The notes beneath the pieces were generated by a model. That model ran no database searches. It was not told where the DNA came from and was given only the letters and a program-made list of their open reading frames with translations. Below, in pieces: positions 1 through 8,839 of a stretch of DNA of 63,307 bases. The stretch spans positions 1 to 63,307 of the forward strand of contig JAFPWV010000014.1 of the NCBI GenBank assembly GCA_017412675.1, written 5' to 3'. Each line of letters begins with the position of its first letter. Positions within the stretch are counted from its first letter, which is position 1. This stretch comes from Clostridia bacterium (GTDB lineage Bacteria; Bacillota; Clostridia; Oscillospirales; CAG-272). The position numbers and the translations under genes were made by a program.

Positions 1-950
1 CCGACTTCGACCCGAAGGGCAAGAGCGACCGCGAAGTCATGGCGTTCTGCCAGAGCTTCATGACCGAGCTGTATAAGTATATCGGCGCGGACGTCGACGT
101 CCCGGCGGGCGACATCGGCACCGGCGCGCGTGAGATCGGCTATCTCTACGGCCAGTACAAGAGGATCACCGGCCTGTATGAAGGCGTTCTGACCGGCAAG
201 GGCCTCACCTGGGGCGGCTCCCTCGTCCGCAAGCAGGCGACCGGCTACGGCCTGCTCTACCTCGTAGACGAGCTTCTGAAGGACCATGCCTCCGGCATCG
301 ACGGCAAGACCGTTGCGGTCTCCGGCGCGGGCAACGTCGCGATCTATGCGGCGGAAAAGGCGGCTCAGCTCGGCGGCAAGGTCGTGACCCTCTCCGACTC
401 CACCGGCTGGATCTACGACAAGGACGGCGTCGATCTCGATCTCGTCAAGGAGATCAAGGAAGTGCGCCGCGGACGGATCTCCGAATACAAGGCGGCGAAG
501 CCCGAAGCCGAATATCACGACGGGCGCGGCGTCTGGAGCGTCAAGACCGACATCGCTCTCCCCTGCGCGACCCAGAACGAGCTTCTGCTCGACGACGCGA
601 AGGAACTCGTGAAGAACGGTGTGCAGGCGGTCTGCGAAGGCGCGAACATGCCCACGACGATCGAAGCAACCAAGTACCTGCAGGAAAACGGCGTGCTCTT
701 CGTCCCCGGCAAGGCGGCGAATGCGGGCGGCGTTGCGACCTCCGGTCTTGAAATGAGCCAGAACAGCGAGCGTCTCTCCTGGACCTTCGACGAGGTCGAC
801 GCGAAGCTGAAGGGCATCATGACGGGCATCTACGCGAACATCGCCGGCGCGGCCAAGGAATACGGCCTCGAAGGCAACTACGTCGCTGGCGCGAACATCG
901 CGGGCTTCGCCAAGGTCGTCGACGCGATGCTGGCACAGGGCGCGTATTGA
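1..950 (+). CDS. gdhA: NADP-specific glutamate dehydrogenase, C-terminal ~315 aa (5' end lies outside the window)
   Basis: The frame is open to the window edge. The translation carries Glu/Leu/Phe/Val dehydrogenase hallmarks: VPAGDIG, GKG..WGGS, the GAGNVA Rossmann motif, CEGANMP and AANAGGVA. A hairpin terminator follows. Confidence 0.9.
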   Translation, partial: DFDPKGKSDREVMAFCQSFMTELYKYIGADVDVPAGDIGTGAREIGYLYGQYKRITGLYEGVLTGKGLTWGGSLVRKQATGYGLLYLVDELLKDHASGIDGKTVAVSGAGNVAIYAAEKAAQLGGKVVTLSDSTGWIYDKDGVDLDLVKEIKEVRRGRISEYKAAKPEAEYHDGRGVWSVKTDIALPCATQNELLLDDAKELVKNGVQAVCEGANMPTTIEATKYLQENGVLFVPGKAANAGGVATSGLEMSQNSERLSWTFDEVDAKLKGIMTGIYANIAGAAKEYGLEGNYVAGANIAGFAKVVDAMLAQGAY

Positions 951-989
951 TTCTCAGAGGATCCGGAATCCTTCCAACCAGATGAAACG

Positions 990-1021
990 GGCTGTCGTTC
1001 CGAACGGAGCGGCAGCCTTTT
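990..1021 (+). terminator. Rho-independent terminator after gdhA
   Basis: GGCTGTCG (990-997) pairs with CGGCAGCC (1010-1017) with one G-U pair. There is an inner CCG/CGG extension, then TTTT at 1018-1021. Confidence 0.7.
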
Positions 1022-1086
1022 GACGTCCGCATACCGCGCCGCGTCACCGCATATACTGCCCCAGCTTTGATCATGCAGGTGGTTTC

Positions 1087-3834
1087 ATGAACGAATCTTT
1101 CGCGTTTCAAACGGGGCGGACGAGGTCGGGTACGCGCGAAGTTCTGCGGCCGCCGTCGGTCTCCTGCGGACTGACGACGGACGAGGTGGCGCTGTCCCGG
1201 CGGCTTTTCGGCGCGAACGCGGTCTCACCCGGACGCCGCGCGGGCTTTTTCCGCCAGTTTTTCTCCAACCTCAACGATCCGATCATCAAGATCCTCCTCG
1301 CCGCGCTCCTCGTCAATACGGTCTTTTCTTTTTCCGGCTCGCGATGGGCGGAATCGTGCGGGATCGCGCTGACGGTGCTCGTTTCCGCGCTCGTGACGAC
1401 GATCTCCGAACGGTCCTCCGGCGCGTCGTTCGAGAAGCTCTACGCCACCCTCGGAGATTCCCGCTGCCGGGTCCTGCGCGACGGAGAGGAGCTCGACTGC
1501 CCGACGAGCGGGCTGGTGAAATACGATCTCGTCGTCCTGCGCCCGGGCGATACGGCTCCCGCGGACGGCATCCTCGTGCGGGGATCCCTCCGCGCCGACG
1601 AAGCCCCGCTGACCGGGGAGAGCAAGCCGGCTGTGAAATCCGCCTCCCCCGACATGCTTGACGCCTGCCGCATCGGGGAGGTCGAATTGCGGACCGGGGA
1701 TCCCGCCGTCGTGTTCCGCGGAAGCCACATCCTCTCAGGGGACGCCGTGATGCTGGTCCTCGCCGTGGGGGACGCGACGCTCTACGGCTCCATCGCGGGG
1801 GAGCTCGCGGCGGAGGAGAACGTCAGTCCGCTCAAGAACCGCCTGTCGCAGCTCGCCAAGACAATCTCGCACATCGGGTATGTCTCGGCAGGCATCGTCG
1901 CGGCGGTCCATCTCGCGGACGCGTTCTGGTTTGACGCCGGATGCAATCCCGCCGTCGTGCTCCTGCGTCTGACCGACGCGCGTTTTGTGCTCACCGAAGC
2001 GGTGAACGCGCTCACCCTCGCGATCTCGATCCTCGTCGTCGCGGTCCCCGAAGGGCTGCCGATGATGATCACGGTCGTGCTCTCGTCCAACATGAAGCGG
2101 ATGATGAAGGCGAACGTCCTCGTGCGGCGCCTGGTCGGGATCGAAACGGCGGGGAGCGTCGACATGCTCTTCACCGACAAAACCGGGACCCTCACCTCGG
2201 GTGCTCTGACGGTGGAAGAGATCCTCACGCCCGACGGACGGTGGCTCACGCTCGGATCGGCGCCCGGGTCCCTCGGCATCCGGCTGAAAAAGAGCGCGGA
2301 GGTCAACGCGTCCGTCGCCAATGCCACGGAACAGGCCCTGAACCGCTTCGCCGGGATCCGACGGGTCCGCGCCGCCATCCCGCCGGAAGAGCGGATCCCG
2401 TTCGACTCGGAGCGGAAATTCTCGGCGGCATGCTCGGACGGCTGCGTCTATCTGCGGGGTGCGGCGGAGCTCCTTCTGCCGGCCTGCGTCTCGTATGCGG
2501 ATGAAAACGGGCGGATCCGGCCGATGACGCCGGGGGTCCGCGCTTCCGTCGAGCGTGCCGTCCAGGCGGAGACCGCCCGCGCCGCCCGTGTGATCCTGCA
2601 CGCCGAAGCCGCCCCGGACGTCTTCCCCGCGCTCCGGGACCGCGCTCCCGATGAGGGCACGCCGCTCACCTTCATCGCCGTGTCCGTTCTGCGGGATGAG
2701 ATCCGGCGCGAAGTCCCCGATGCCGTGCGGGTCTGCCGGGAAGCCGGGATCCAGGTCGTCATGATCACCGGGGACAACGCCGATACTGCCGCAGCCGTCG
2801 CCCGTTCGTGCGGGATCCTGCGGGAACACAGCGCTCCGTGGACGCCGAATGACCGCGGCACCGGCCCGATCCTCGTCGACGGCGGGGTCCTGCGCAAGCT
2901 CCCGGACGAGGCCGTCACCGCCCTCCTGCCGCAGCTCGCCGTGATCGCGCGGGTCACGCCGGGGGACAAGAGCCGTCTGATCCGGTTGTCGAAGGCGGCG
3001 GGCCACATCGTCGGCATGACGGGGGACGGGATCAACGACGCGCCTGCCCTGAAAGCTGCGGACGTCGGCTTTGCGATGGGCTCCGGGACCGACGTGGCGC
3101 GGGAGGCCGGGGACATCGTCATCACCGACGACAATTTCGTGTCGATCACGCGCGCGGTCCTCTACGGCCGGACGATCTTCTCGAGCATCCGCAAGTTCAT
3201 CACCTATCAGCTCACGATGAACCTCGCGGCGGTCGGCGTGTCGGTGCTTGGGACGATGTGCGGGATCGAGAACCCCGTCACGGTCATCCAGATGCTCTGG
3301 GTCAACATGATCATGGACACCCTCGGATCGCTCGCCTTCGCCGGGGAACCGCCGCTCGCCGATTCGATGAAGGAGAAGCCCGTCGGACGAAGCGAACCGA
3401 TCCTGAGCCGCGCGATGCTCTTCCAGATGCTCGCAACCGGCGGCTACGCGATCCTCTTGTCGATGACCTTCCTCCTCTCGCCGCGGGTCCGTCACTTCTT
3501 CGGCGGCGGGGAGCTCTACCACCTCACGCTGTTCTTCGCGCTCTTCGTGTTCCTCGGGATCGGCATCGCGCTCTGCACGCGGACCGAACGCATCCAGCTC
3601 TTCGCGCATCTCTCAGAGAACCGGGCGTTTGCCGTCATCATGCCCGCCGTCGCCGCGATCCAGCTCCTGATCGTGTACTTCGGCGGCACGGTCTTCCGCT
3701 GCGCTCCGCTGAGGGCGTCCGATCTCGGGCTCTGCGCGCTCTTCGCGATGACGGTGATCCCGGCGGACACCGTGCGCAAGTGCATCCTGCGCATCCGGCG
3801 GGAACACAGGCGGCAGAACGGTGCGGCGAAATGA
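1087..3834 (+). CDS. Cation-translocating P-type ATPase (Ca2+-ATPase-like, type IIA/IIB)
   Basis: 915-aa ORF with the DKTGTLT phosphorylation motif, the TGES-like actuator motif (LTGESKP), PEGLP in TM4, the TGDGINDAPALKAADVGFAMG hinge and about 10 hydrophobic segments. AGGTGG RBS lies 5 nt upstream. Confidence 0.9.
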   Translation: MNESFAFQTGRTRSGTREVLRPPSVSCGLTTDEVALSRRLFGANAVSPGRRAGFFRQFFSNLNDPIIKILLAALLVNTVFSFSGSRWAESCGIALTVLVSALVTTISERSSGASFEKLYATLGDSRCRVLRDGEELDCPTSGLVKYDLVVLRPGDTAPADGILVRGSLRADEAPLTGESKPAVKSASPDMLDACRIGEVELRTGDPAVVFRGSHILSGDAVMLVLAVGDATLYGSIAGELAAEENVSPLKNRLSQLAKTISHIGYVSAGIVAAVHLADAFWFDAGCNPAVVLLRLTDARFVLTEAVNALTLAISILVVAVPEGLPMMITVVLSSNMKRMMKANVLVRRLVGIETAGSVDMLFTDKTGTLTSGALTVEEILTPDGRWLTLGSAPGSLGIRLKKSAEVNASVANATEQALNRFAGIRRVRAAIPPEERIPFDSERKFSAACSDGCVYLRGAAELLLPACVSYADENGRIRPMTPGVRASVERAVQAETARAARVILHAEAAPDVFPALRDRAPDEGTPLTFIAVSVLRDEIRREVPDAVRVCREAGIQVVMITGDNADTAAAVARSCGILREHSAPWTPNDRGTGPILVDGGVLRKLPDEAVTALLPQLAVIARVTPGDKSRLIRLSKAAGHIVGMTGDGINDAPALKAADVGFAMGSGTDVAREAGDIVITDDNFVSITRAVLYGRTIFSSIRKFITYQLTMNLAAVGVSVLGTMCGIENPVTVIQMLWVNMIMDTLGSLAFAGEPPLADSMKEKPVGRSEPILSRAMLFQMLATGGYAILLSMTFLLSPRVRHFFGGGELYHLTLFFALFVFLGIGIALCTRTERIQLFAHLSENRAFAVIMPAVAAIQLLIVYFGGTVFRCAPLRASDLGLCALFAMTVIPADTVRKCILRIRREHRRQNGAAK

Positions 3835-3839
3835 AAAAA

Positions 3840-3880
3840 GGGGAGAAGTCCGTTCGTGGACCTCTCCCCCGTTCGTTTTG
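3840..3880. terminator. Bidirectional terminator between the ATPase and the convergent SIS gene
   Basis: GGGGAGAAGTCC (3840-3851) pairs with GGACCTCTCCCC (3858-3869). It is flanked by an A-run upstream (a T-run on the minus strand) and CGTTCGTTTT downstream. Confidence 0.7.
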
Positions 3881-3885
3881 CGGGA

Positions 3886-4935
3886 TTACTTGGTGATGGT
3901 GATCTTGTTGATGACGCCGGCCTTATCCGGGTCGATGCCGCGGACGATGGTCATGCAGCACGCGAGGAGCTGGAAGAACATGACGGCGATCTGCGGGAAG
4001 GTGAATTCGCATCCGGTGTCGGGCAGGACCACGGCGGTCGTGCCTTCCGGCGCTTCCGAGGCGTCATTGGTGACGACGACGATGTCCGCTTCGACGTTCT
4101 TCAGCTTGGCGATGATATCGGCGGAGTCGCCCGCGGTCGGTCCCTTCGGAGAGAGCACGAAGACGAGATCGCCGGGCTTGACCTGCGCGATCGGACCGTG
4201 GTGGAAGTCGGAGGTCGGGTAGCCCTTCATCTTGAGCTTGTTGGTTTCGAGCATCTTGAGCGCGCCTTCGAGGGCGATGCAGTAGGAGATGCCGCGGCCG
4301 AGGAGGATCGCGCCGGGGATGTTCTGATGCGCCTCGGCGAAGGCCATGATCTCGTCGTATTTCGTGTCGAGCATTTCCTGCGCCTTCGGACCGACGGAGG
4401 AGAGCGCGGCGAGAAGCTCGTCGTTGCCCGCCCAGACCGCTGCGATCGCGCCGAGGATGGTCATCTGGGTCGTGAAGGTCTTCGTCGCGGCGATGGAAGC
4501 CTCGTGGCCGCATCCGCAGAAGAGATGATATTCGGCGCACCCGGCCATCGGAGAATCGGGGTTGTTGGTCACGGCCACCGTGATCGCGCCGTCCGCCTTG
4601 GCGGATTCGAGGACTGCGAGGACGTCTTCCGCCTTGCCGGACTGGGAGACGCCGATCACAAGGTTGTCGGAAAGGTCGACGTGCGCGCCGTATTTGGTGA
4701 ACACGGAGGGCGTTCCGAGCGTGCAGGGGATCCCGGCGAAGATGCCGAAGAGATACTGCGCGTAGACGCACGCATGGTCGGAGGTGCCGCGGGCGGCGAA
4801 GTAGACGTTCTTGACGCCCCGTTCTTTTGCCTTGGCGACGAGCGCGCGGATCACGGGCAGGTTGTTCTCCACCACACGGGAAAGCGCGGCGGGCTGTTCA
4901 CGGATTTCTTTTTCGAGGTTGATCATGATGTTCAC
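3886..4935 (-). CDS. Double-SIS-domain amino-sugar isomerase/deaminase (GlmS C-terminal-like, AgaS/FrlB family)
   Basis: 349 aa. The N-terminus (EIREQP..., ARGTSDHA, VIGVSQSGKAEDV) matches the SIS phosphosugar-binding pattern, and a second SIS half follows. There is no glutaminase domain. Confidence 0.75.
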   Translation of the reverse strand: MNIMINLEKEIREQPAALSRVVENNLPVIRALVAKAKERGVKNVYFAARGTSDHACVYAQYLFGIFAGIPCTLGTPSVFTKYGAHVDLSDNLVIGVSQSGKAEDVLAVLESAKADGAITVAVTNNPDSPMAGCAEYHLFCGCGHEASIAATKTFTTQMTILGAIAAVWAGNDELLAALSSVGPKAQEMLDTKYDEIMAFAEAHQNIPGAILLGRGISYCIALEGALKMLETNKLKMKGYPTSDFHHGPIAQVKPGDLVFVLSPKGPTAGDSADIIAKLKNVEADIVVVTNDASEAPEGTTAVVLPDTGCEFTFPQIAVMFFQLLACCMTIVRGIDPDKAGVINKITITK

Positions 4936-4957
4936 TCCCTGATAATAGGATAAAGGA

Positions 4958-5917
4958 TTAAATCAAAGCGAGGGATTTGAGGATGAAGATGCCGAAGAAG
5001 ATCGTCACGACGCAGAACATGGTCGAGAGCAGGAGGATCTGTGCCGCGAGCTCATGGTCGTTGTCCATCTTCTTCGCCATGATGTAGCTGGAGACCGCCG
5101 TCGGCGCGCCGAAGCAGATCAGCACCACGCCGAGCGCAGGTCCGCGCAGACCGACGAGGGCCGCCGCCGTCAGTGCGATCGCCGGAATCAGCACGCAGCG
5201 GTTGACGGCGCCCAAAACGGCGTATCCGGCACGTCCGCGGAGGCTCTCGGTCTTGAAGTTCGCGCCGAGCGAGAGGAGGGCCAGGGGCGTCGTGAGTCCG
5301 GAGAGATAGCTGAGGCTTTTCGACGCCGCGGTCACGAGCGGGATCTTCCAGATCATGAACGGCAGGCCGAGCAGCACGCCGATGATGAGGGGATTCGTGA
5401 CGATGGATTTGAGGATGCTCTTCAGCGTTTCCGCATTGAGCCGGTGCTCGCGGCTGCCGGAGAAGAGCGAGAGGATGATGACGGAATAGCCGTTGAACAT
5501 CAAAATGACGAACGGCATGGCGATGGCGATGGCCTGTCCGCCCGCGTCGCCGAACATGTTCACGGCAAGCGGGACGCCGAGGATCGCAAAGTTCGAGCGG
5601 CAGGAGCCCTGGATGAACGCGCCGCGCATCTTCGGATCCTTGACGATGAAGAGCGAGAGCACCGACATCAGCGTGAAGCTCGTCGTCACGGCGATGAGCA
5701 GAAAGCCGATGAGGCGGATGTCGAGATCGTCGTCGAGCGAGCTCCCCGCGACCTCCAAAAACAGCATCACCGGCAATCCGATCTTGAAGACCAGCCAGTC
5801 CGCCGTCTCCGTGAAGGCGTCGGTCAGCTTGCCGAAGCGCTTGAGGATCCAGCCGAGCACCACGAGCAGGATGATCGGCAGGATGGCGTTGATGCTGTAC
5901 AGCAGGTTATCAAGCAT
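4958..5917 (-). CDS. AEC (auxin efflux carrier) family permease
   Basis: 319 aa with about 10 TM segments. The N-terminus ILPIILLVVLGWILKR and the overall layout are typical of AEC/malate-permease-like transporters. The start lies 1 nt after the upstream stop (TAATATG). Confidence 0.8.
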   Translation of the reverse strand: MLDNLLYSINAILPIILLVVLGWILKRFGKLTDAFTETADWLVFKIGLPVMLFLEVAGSSLDDDLDIRLIGFLLIAVTTSFTLMSVLSLFIVKDPKMRGAFIQGSCRSNFAILGVPLAVNMFGDAGGQAIAIAMPFVILMFNGYSVIILSLFSGSREHRLNAETLKSILKSIVTNPLIIGVLLGLPFMIWKIPLVTAASKSLSYLSGLTTPLALLSLGANFKTESLRGRAGYAVLGAVNRCVLIPAIALTAAALVGLRGPALGVVLICFGAPTAVSSYIMAKKMDNDHELAAQILLLSTMFCVVTIFFGIFILKSLALI

Positions 5918-5918
5918 A

Positions 5919-6752
5919 TTACGGATTCTCCAGATCGTCGAAGAAGCGTTCGATGCCCTCCGCGATGCCGTTTGCGATGGACTTCTGCCACTCCTCGTTC
6001 ACGAGGTTCGCGGCGTCCACGACGTTGGTGCAGAACCCGACCTCGATCAGGGACGAAGCGGCGTGCGTCTCGCGCGGGATGGCGAAATTCGAGTCCGCCA
6101 TGCTGCTCGGGTCGTCCGCCGTGGTCGGCGCGGTGATCTCGACCGTATCGTCGATCGCTTCCTTGAGCGCCTCCGCAGCAGGTTCTGCCCAGTCGTTCCA
6201 CTTGTAGCTGTTGTCGTTATAGTAGATCCGAACGCCGCAGGCATCGGGATTCGGCGCCGCGTTGACGTGGATGGATACGACGTAGTCGACCTCCTGCGCG
6301 TTGATGAACGCGATGCGCTCGTTGGGATTGAAGATCCAGTTTCCGTCCCAGTCGTATTCCGGGATGTCGACGCCGTTGTGCGTCATGATCGTGTCAAAGC
6401 CGCGGTCGATCAGGTCCTGATTCAGGTAGGTGGCAACGGCAAAGTTGACGTGCTTCTCATACACGCCCTCGGGGAAATAGCTGTTCTCCCCGGTCCCGTT
6501 GTCGTAAAACCCGTGGCCGGGATCAATGCAGATCGTCCGGTTCTTCTTCACGACGACGGCGGGCATGACTCTGCCGATGCCGACTGCCGGAATCGCCGGT
6601 TCGAGTACGACCGCCTCCTCTTCGGGAGGGGTATTCACTTGTGTGTCCGGCGAGGGCGTCTTCTGCTTCCGCGAGCATCCGTTCAGAACGGCGGCTGCGG
6701 CGAGGAGGAGCGCCAGGGTCCCGGCGATCGTTTTTCGCATGATCCTGTCCAT
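5919..6752 (-). CDS. N-acetylmuramoyl-L-alanine amidase (Amidase_3) lipoprotein
   Basis: Lipobox signal peptide (LLLAAAAVLNGC). Amidase_3 zinc-ligand motifs are present: CIDPGHGF, SIHVNA and LIEVGFCTN. RBS is AGGAACGATAAC-ATG. Confidence 0.85.
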   Translation of the reverse strand: MDRIMRKTIAGTLALLLAAAAVLNGCSRKQKTPSPDTQVNTPPEEEAVVLEPAIPAVGIGRVMPAVVVKKNRTICIDPGHGFYDNGTGENSYFPEGVYEKHVNFAVATYLNQDLIDRGFDTIMTHNGVDIPEYDWDGNWIFNPNERIAFINAQEVDYVVSIHVNAAPNPDACGVRIYYNDNSYKWNDWAEPAAEALKEAIDDTVEITAPTTADDPSSMADSNFAIPRETHAASSLIEVGFCTNVVDAANLVNEEWQKSIANGIAEGIERFFDDLENP

Positions 6753-6781
6753 GTTATCGTTCCTGCTTCATTCTTCCGGTT

Positions 6782-7648
6782 TTAATTCTGTCCGAGATCG
6801 TCGAAGAACCGCTCGATCCCCTCGGCGATGGCCTCCGCCATCTGTCTCTGCCATTCGGGATCCTGGAGGTTTTCGGCGTCCGTCTCGTTGGTACAGAAGC
6901 CCATCTCGATCAGCGACGAGGCGCATTTCGTCTCGCGGTTGATCGCAAAGGAGGCGTCCTCCATGTCTTCCGAGTTCACGAGCTGGGTCACGGCGGTCGT
7001 CACGACCCCTTCCTCAATGGAATCCCGGATGTACGCGGCGGCGGTCTCGTTCCAGTCGTTGTCCTTGTAGTAGTTCTGGTCGAAGAAGACCATCGCCCCG
7101 CATTTTTCGGGACTGCCCACCGCGTTGACGTGGATGGAGACGAGGTAGTCCGGACAGATATACTTGTTGATGTAGGGCGGCCGCTCAAAAGGCGCGGAGA
7201 AGACCCCGTCCCAGTTGAGATCCGCGCCCTCGGGCATGTTCTCGCCGTCGTGGGTGAGGACGGTGCGAAAGCCGCGGGCCTTCAGGGCGTCGTTGAGCAG
7301 GAGGGAGACCTGCATCGTGATCTCGCGCTCGTAGATCCCCTCCGGGAAGAAGCTGTCGCTGCCAGTTCCGGGATCGCGGAAGCCGTGTCCGGGATCGATG
7401 CAGATCAGCTCATCCCGCTGTTCGATGACGACGGGCATGATCCTGCCGACACCGAAGGCGGGAGCCGCGGGCTCGAGGACGACGGTATCTTCCTCTTCTT
7501 CTGCCGTTTCCTGCTCCTCAACTGCCGTTCCCGCAAGCATCGGATCGGTGTCCGCGCTCGCCTCCGGTCTCGAACACGCAGGGAGCAGAACTGCCGCCGC
7601 GATGAGGACGGGCAGGAGCGCTTGCCGCTTGTTGATGAATCGTACCAT
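6782..7648 (-). CDS. N-acetylmuramoyl-L-alanine amidase (Amidase_3) lipoprotein, tandem paralog
   Basis: Lipobox (LPACS). It has the same motif set (CIDPGHGF, SIHVNA, LIEMGFCTN) and a near-identical C-terminus (AIAEGIERFFDDL) to the neighbouring gene. Confidence 0.85.
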   Translation of the reverse strand: MVRFINKRQALLPVLIAAAVLLPACSRPEASADTDPMLAGTAVEEQETAEEEEDTVVLEPAAPAFGVGRIMPVVIEQRDELICIDPGHGFRDPGTGSDSFFPEGIYEREITMQVSLLLNDALKARGFRTVLTHDGENMPEGADLNWDGVFSAPFERPPYINKYICPDYLVSIHVNAVGSPEKCGAMVFFDQNYYKDNDWNETAAAYIRDSIEEGVVTTAVTQLVNSEDMEDASFAINRETKCASSLIEMGFCTNETDAENLQDPEWQRQMAEAIAEGIERFFDDLGQN

Positions 7649-7680
7649 GATGTTGTTCCTGTTCCGGAATGCCCGGGCAA

Positions 7681-8835
7681 TCAGCCCCGGTATTCCTTCG
7701 GGAGATATTCGGCCGGGATGACCGTGCGGATATACCCTTTCAGGCCTTCCGCCGTGAAGCCGGACAGGCCGTGCAGGGCCGCGAGGTCATCGTTGTAGCC
7801 GGACAGCGGGAATATCTGATAATCCTGCTTCGCCGCGCTGAAATGCACGACGGTCGGGGTGAGGATCGGGTCGCCGACGGTATAGTGTCCGTCTTCATCG
7901 GGCGATGCCGTGAAGGTGAGGATGCCGCCGAGGAGCCCTTCCCACGTTTTCCCCGTCGAGAGGATGTTGCCGAGGGAATAAGCCACGAGGCAGGAGGTCC
8001 CGCGCAGGGTTGCGAGACGGTCGACCGGACCGACGGTTTCCCCGGTCCCGACGACGACGTCCGCGCCGGCTTCCGCCATGTAATAGGCAGCCGCGCATTG
8101 TTCGTCGTGCGTCATGCCGTCCTCCCAGTCCGCCAGCACGATCACGAGCTCCGCCCGCTCCGCCGCTTTGGCGATGTTGGCGAGCGTCGCTTCGTCGCCG
8201 ATCGGGAAGGCTTCACCGCCCGCCGCGCAGATCGCGCAGACCAGGCCCTTTTCCTCGAGGATGAGGATGCCGCCGTCCTTCGCGGAGGTGGAGAGCGAGG
8301 TGATGCCGTAGTTTTTCAGCATCCCGTTCGGATCGTCCCACGCGAGCGTATCGAGGACGTCGTATCCCGCCTCGGCGAGCACCGCGACCATTTCCTCGGG
8401 GATCTTGTGGCTCTTGTCGCTGTCGTTCTTGGGTCTTGCGGCGGTCGTGTCGAAGCCTGCGGTGATGTCCGCCGCCGAGAGATCCCGGTAAATGCCGGAG
8501 AGCATCCGGACAAAGCTGTAGCTCTGCCCTTCCCCGGCGCGGCGCGCTCCGTCGCTGATGATGAACGTATCGACGAGGATGTCCCCGGCGAGGGTGAAGG
8601 TGACGGGTTCGGGACCGGTCTCCTCCGGCTCGTCGGTGAAGACGAATTCCGTGATCCGCTCTTCCCCGTCATCCACCGCGCGTGCGGCCGGCGTGAGGAG
8701 TCCGCTTCCGGAAGGGTTCGTCTCCGGATCGTCGAGCGTCGCCATGCGCATCTCGATGATGCCGCAGGAGGAGAGCATGAGGACGGCGAGGGAGAGAGCC
8801 AGGAGCTTTTTCAGAGAGTGTTTCAGATTCTGCAT
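7681..8835 (-). CDS. CapA/PgsA (PGA_cap) family lipoprotein with degenerate metallophosphatase motifs
   Basis: Lipobox (VLMLSSCG). The family motifs GDI(L/M) and YSLGN are present. The His-containing motifs are replaced: NNH becomes AWD, SHWG becomes ADWE, and GHHPH becomes GTGET. The ATG lies 4 nt after the rhaA stop. Confidence 0.7.
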   Translation of the reverse strand: MQNLKHSLKKLLALSLAVLMLSSCGIIEMRMATLDDPETNPSGSGLLTPAARAVDDGEERITEFVFTDEPEETGPEPVTFTLAGDILVDTFIISDGARRAGEGQSYSFVRMLSGIYRDLSAADITAGFDTTAARPKNDSDKSHKIPEEMVAVLAEAGYDVLDTLAWDDPNGMLKNYGITSLSTSAKDGGILILEEKGLVCAICAAGGEAFPIGDEATLANIAKAAERAELVIVLADWEDGMTHDEQCAAAYYMAEAGADVVVGTGETVGPVDRLATLRGTSCLVAYSLGNILSTGKTWEGLLGGILTFTASPDEDGHYTVGDPILTPTVVHFSAAKQDYQIFPLSGYNDDLAALHGLSGFTAEGLKGYIRTVIPAEYLPKEYRG

Positions 8836-8839
8836 GAGC

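Noticed and set aside
1735-3609. 624-aa minus-strand ORF (and several 100-230-aa ORFs) antisense to the P-type ATPase gene
   Set aside because: Its composition is extremely rich in R, D, E, H, G and P with no recognisable domains. It is a typical stop-poor shadow frame of a GC-rich gene, and the ATPase frame carries all the conserved motifs.
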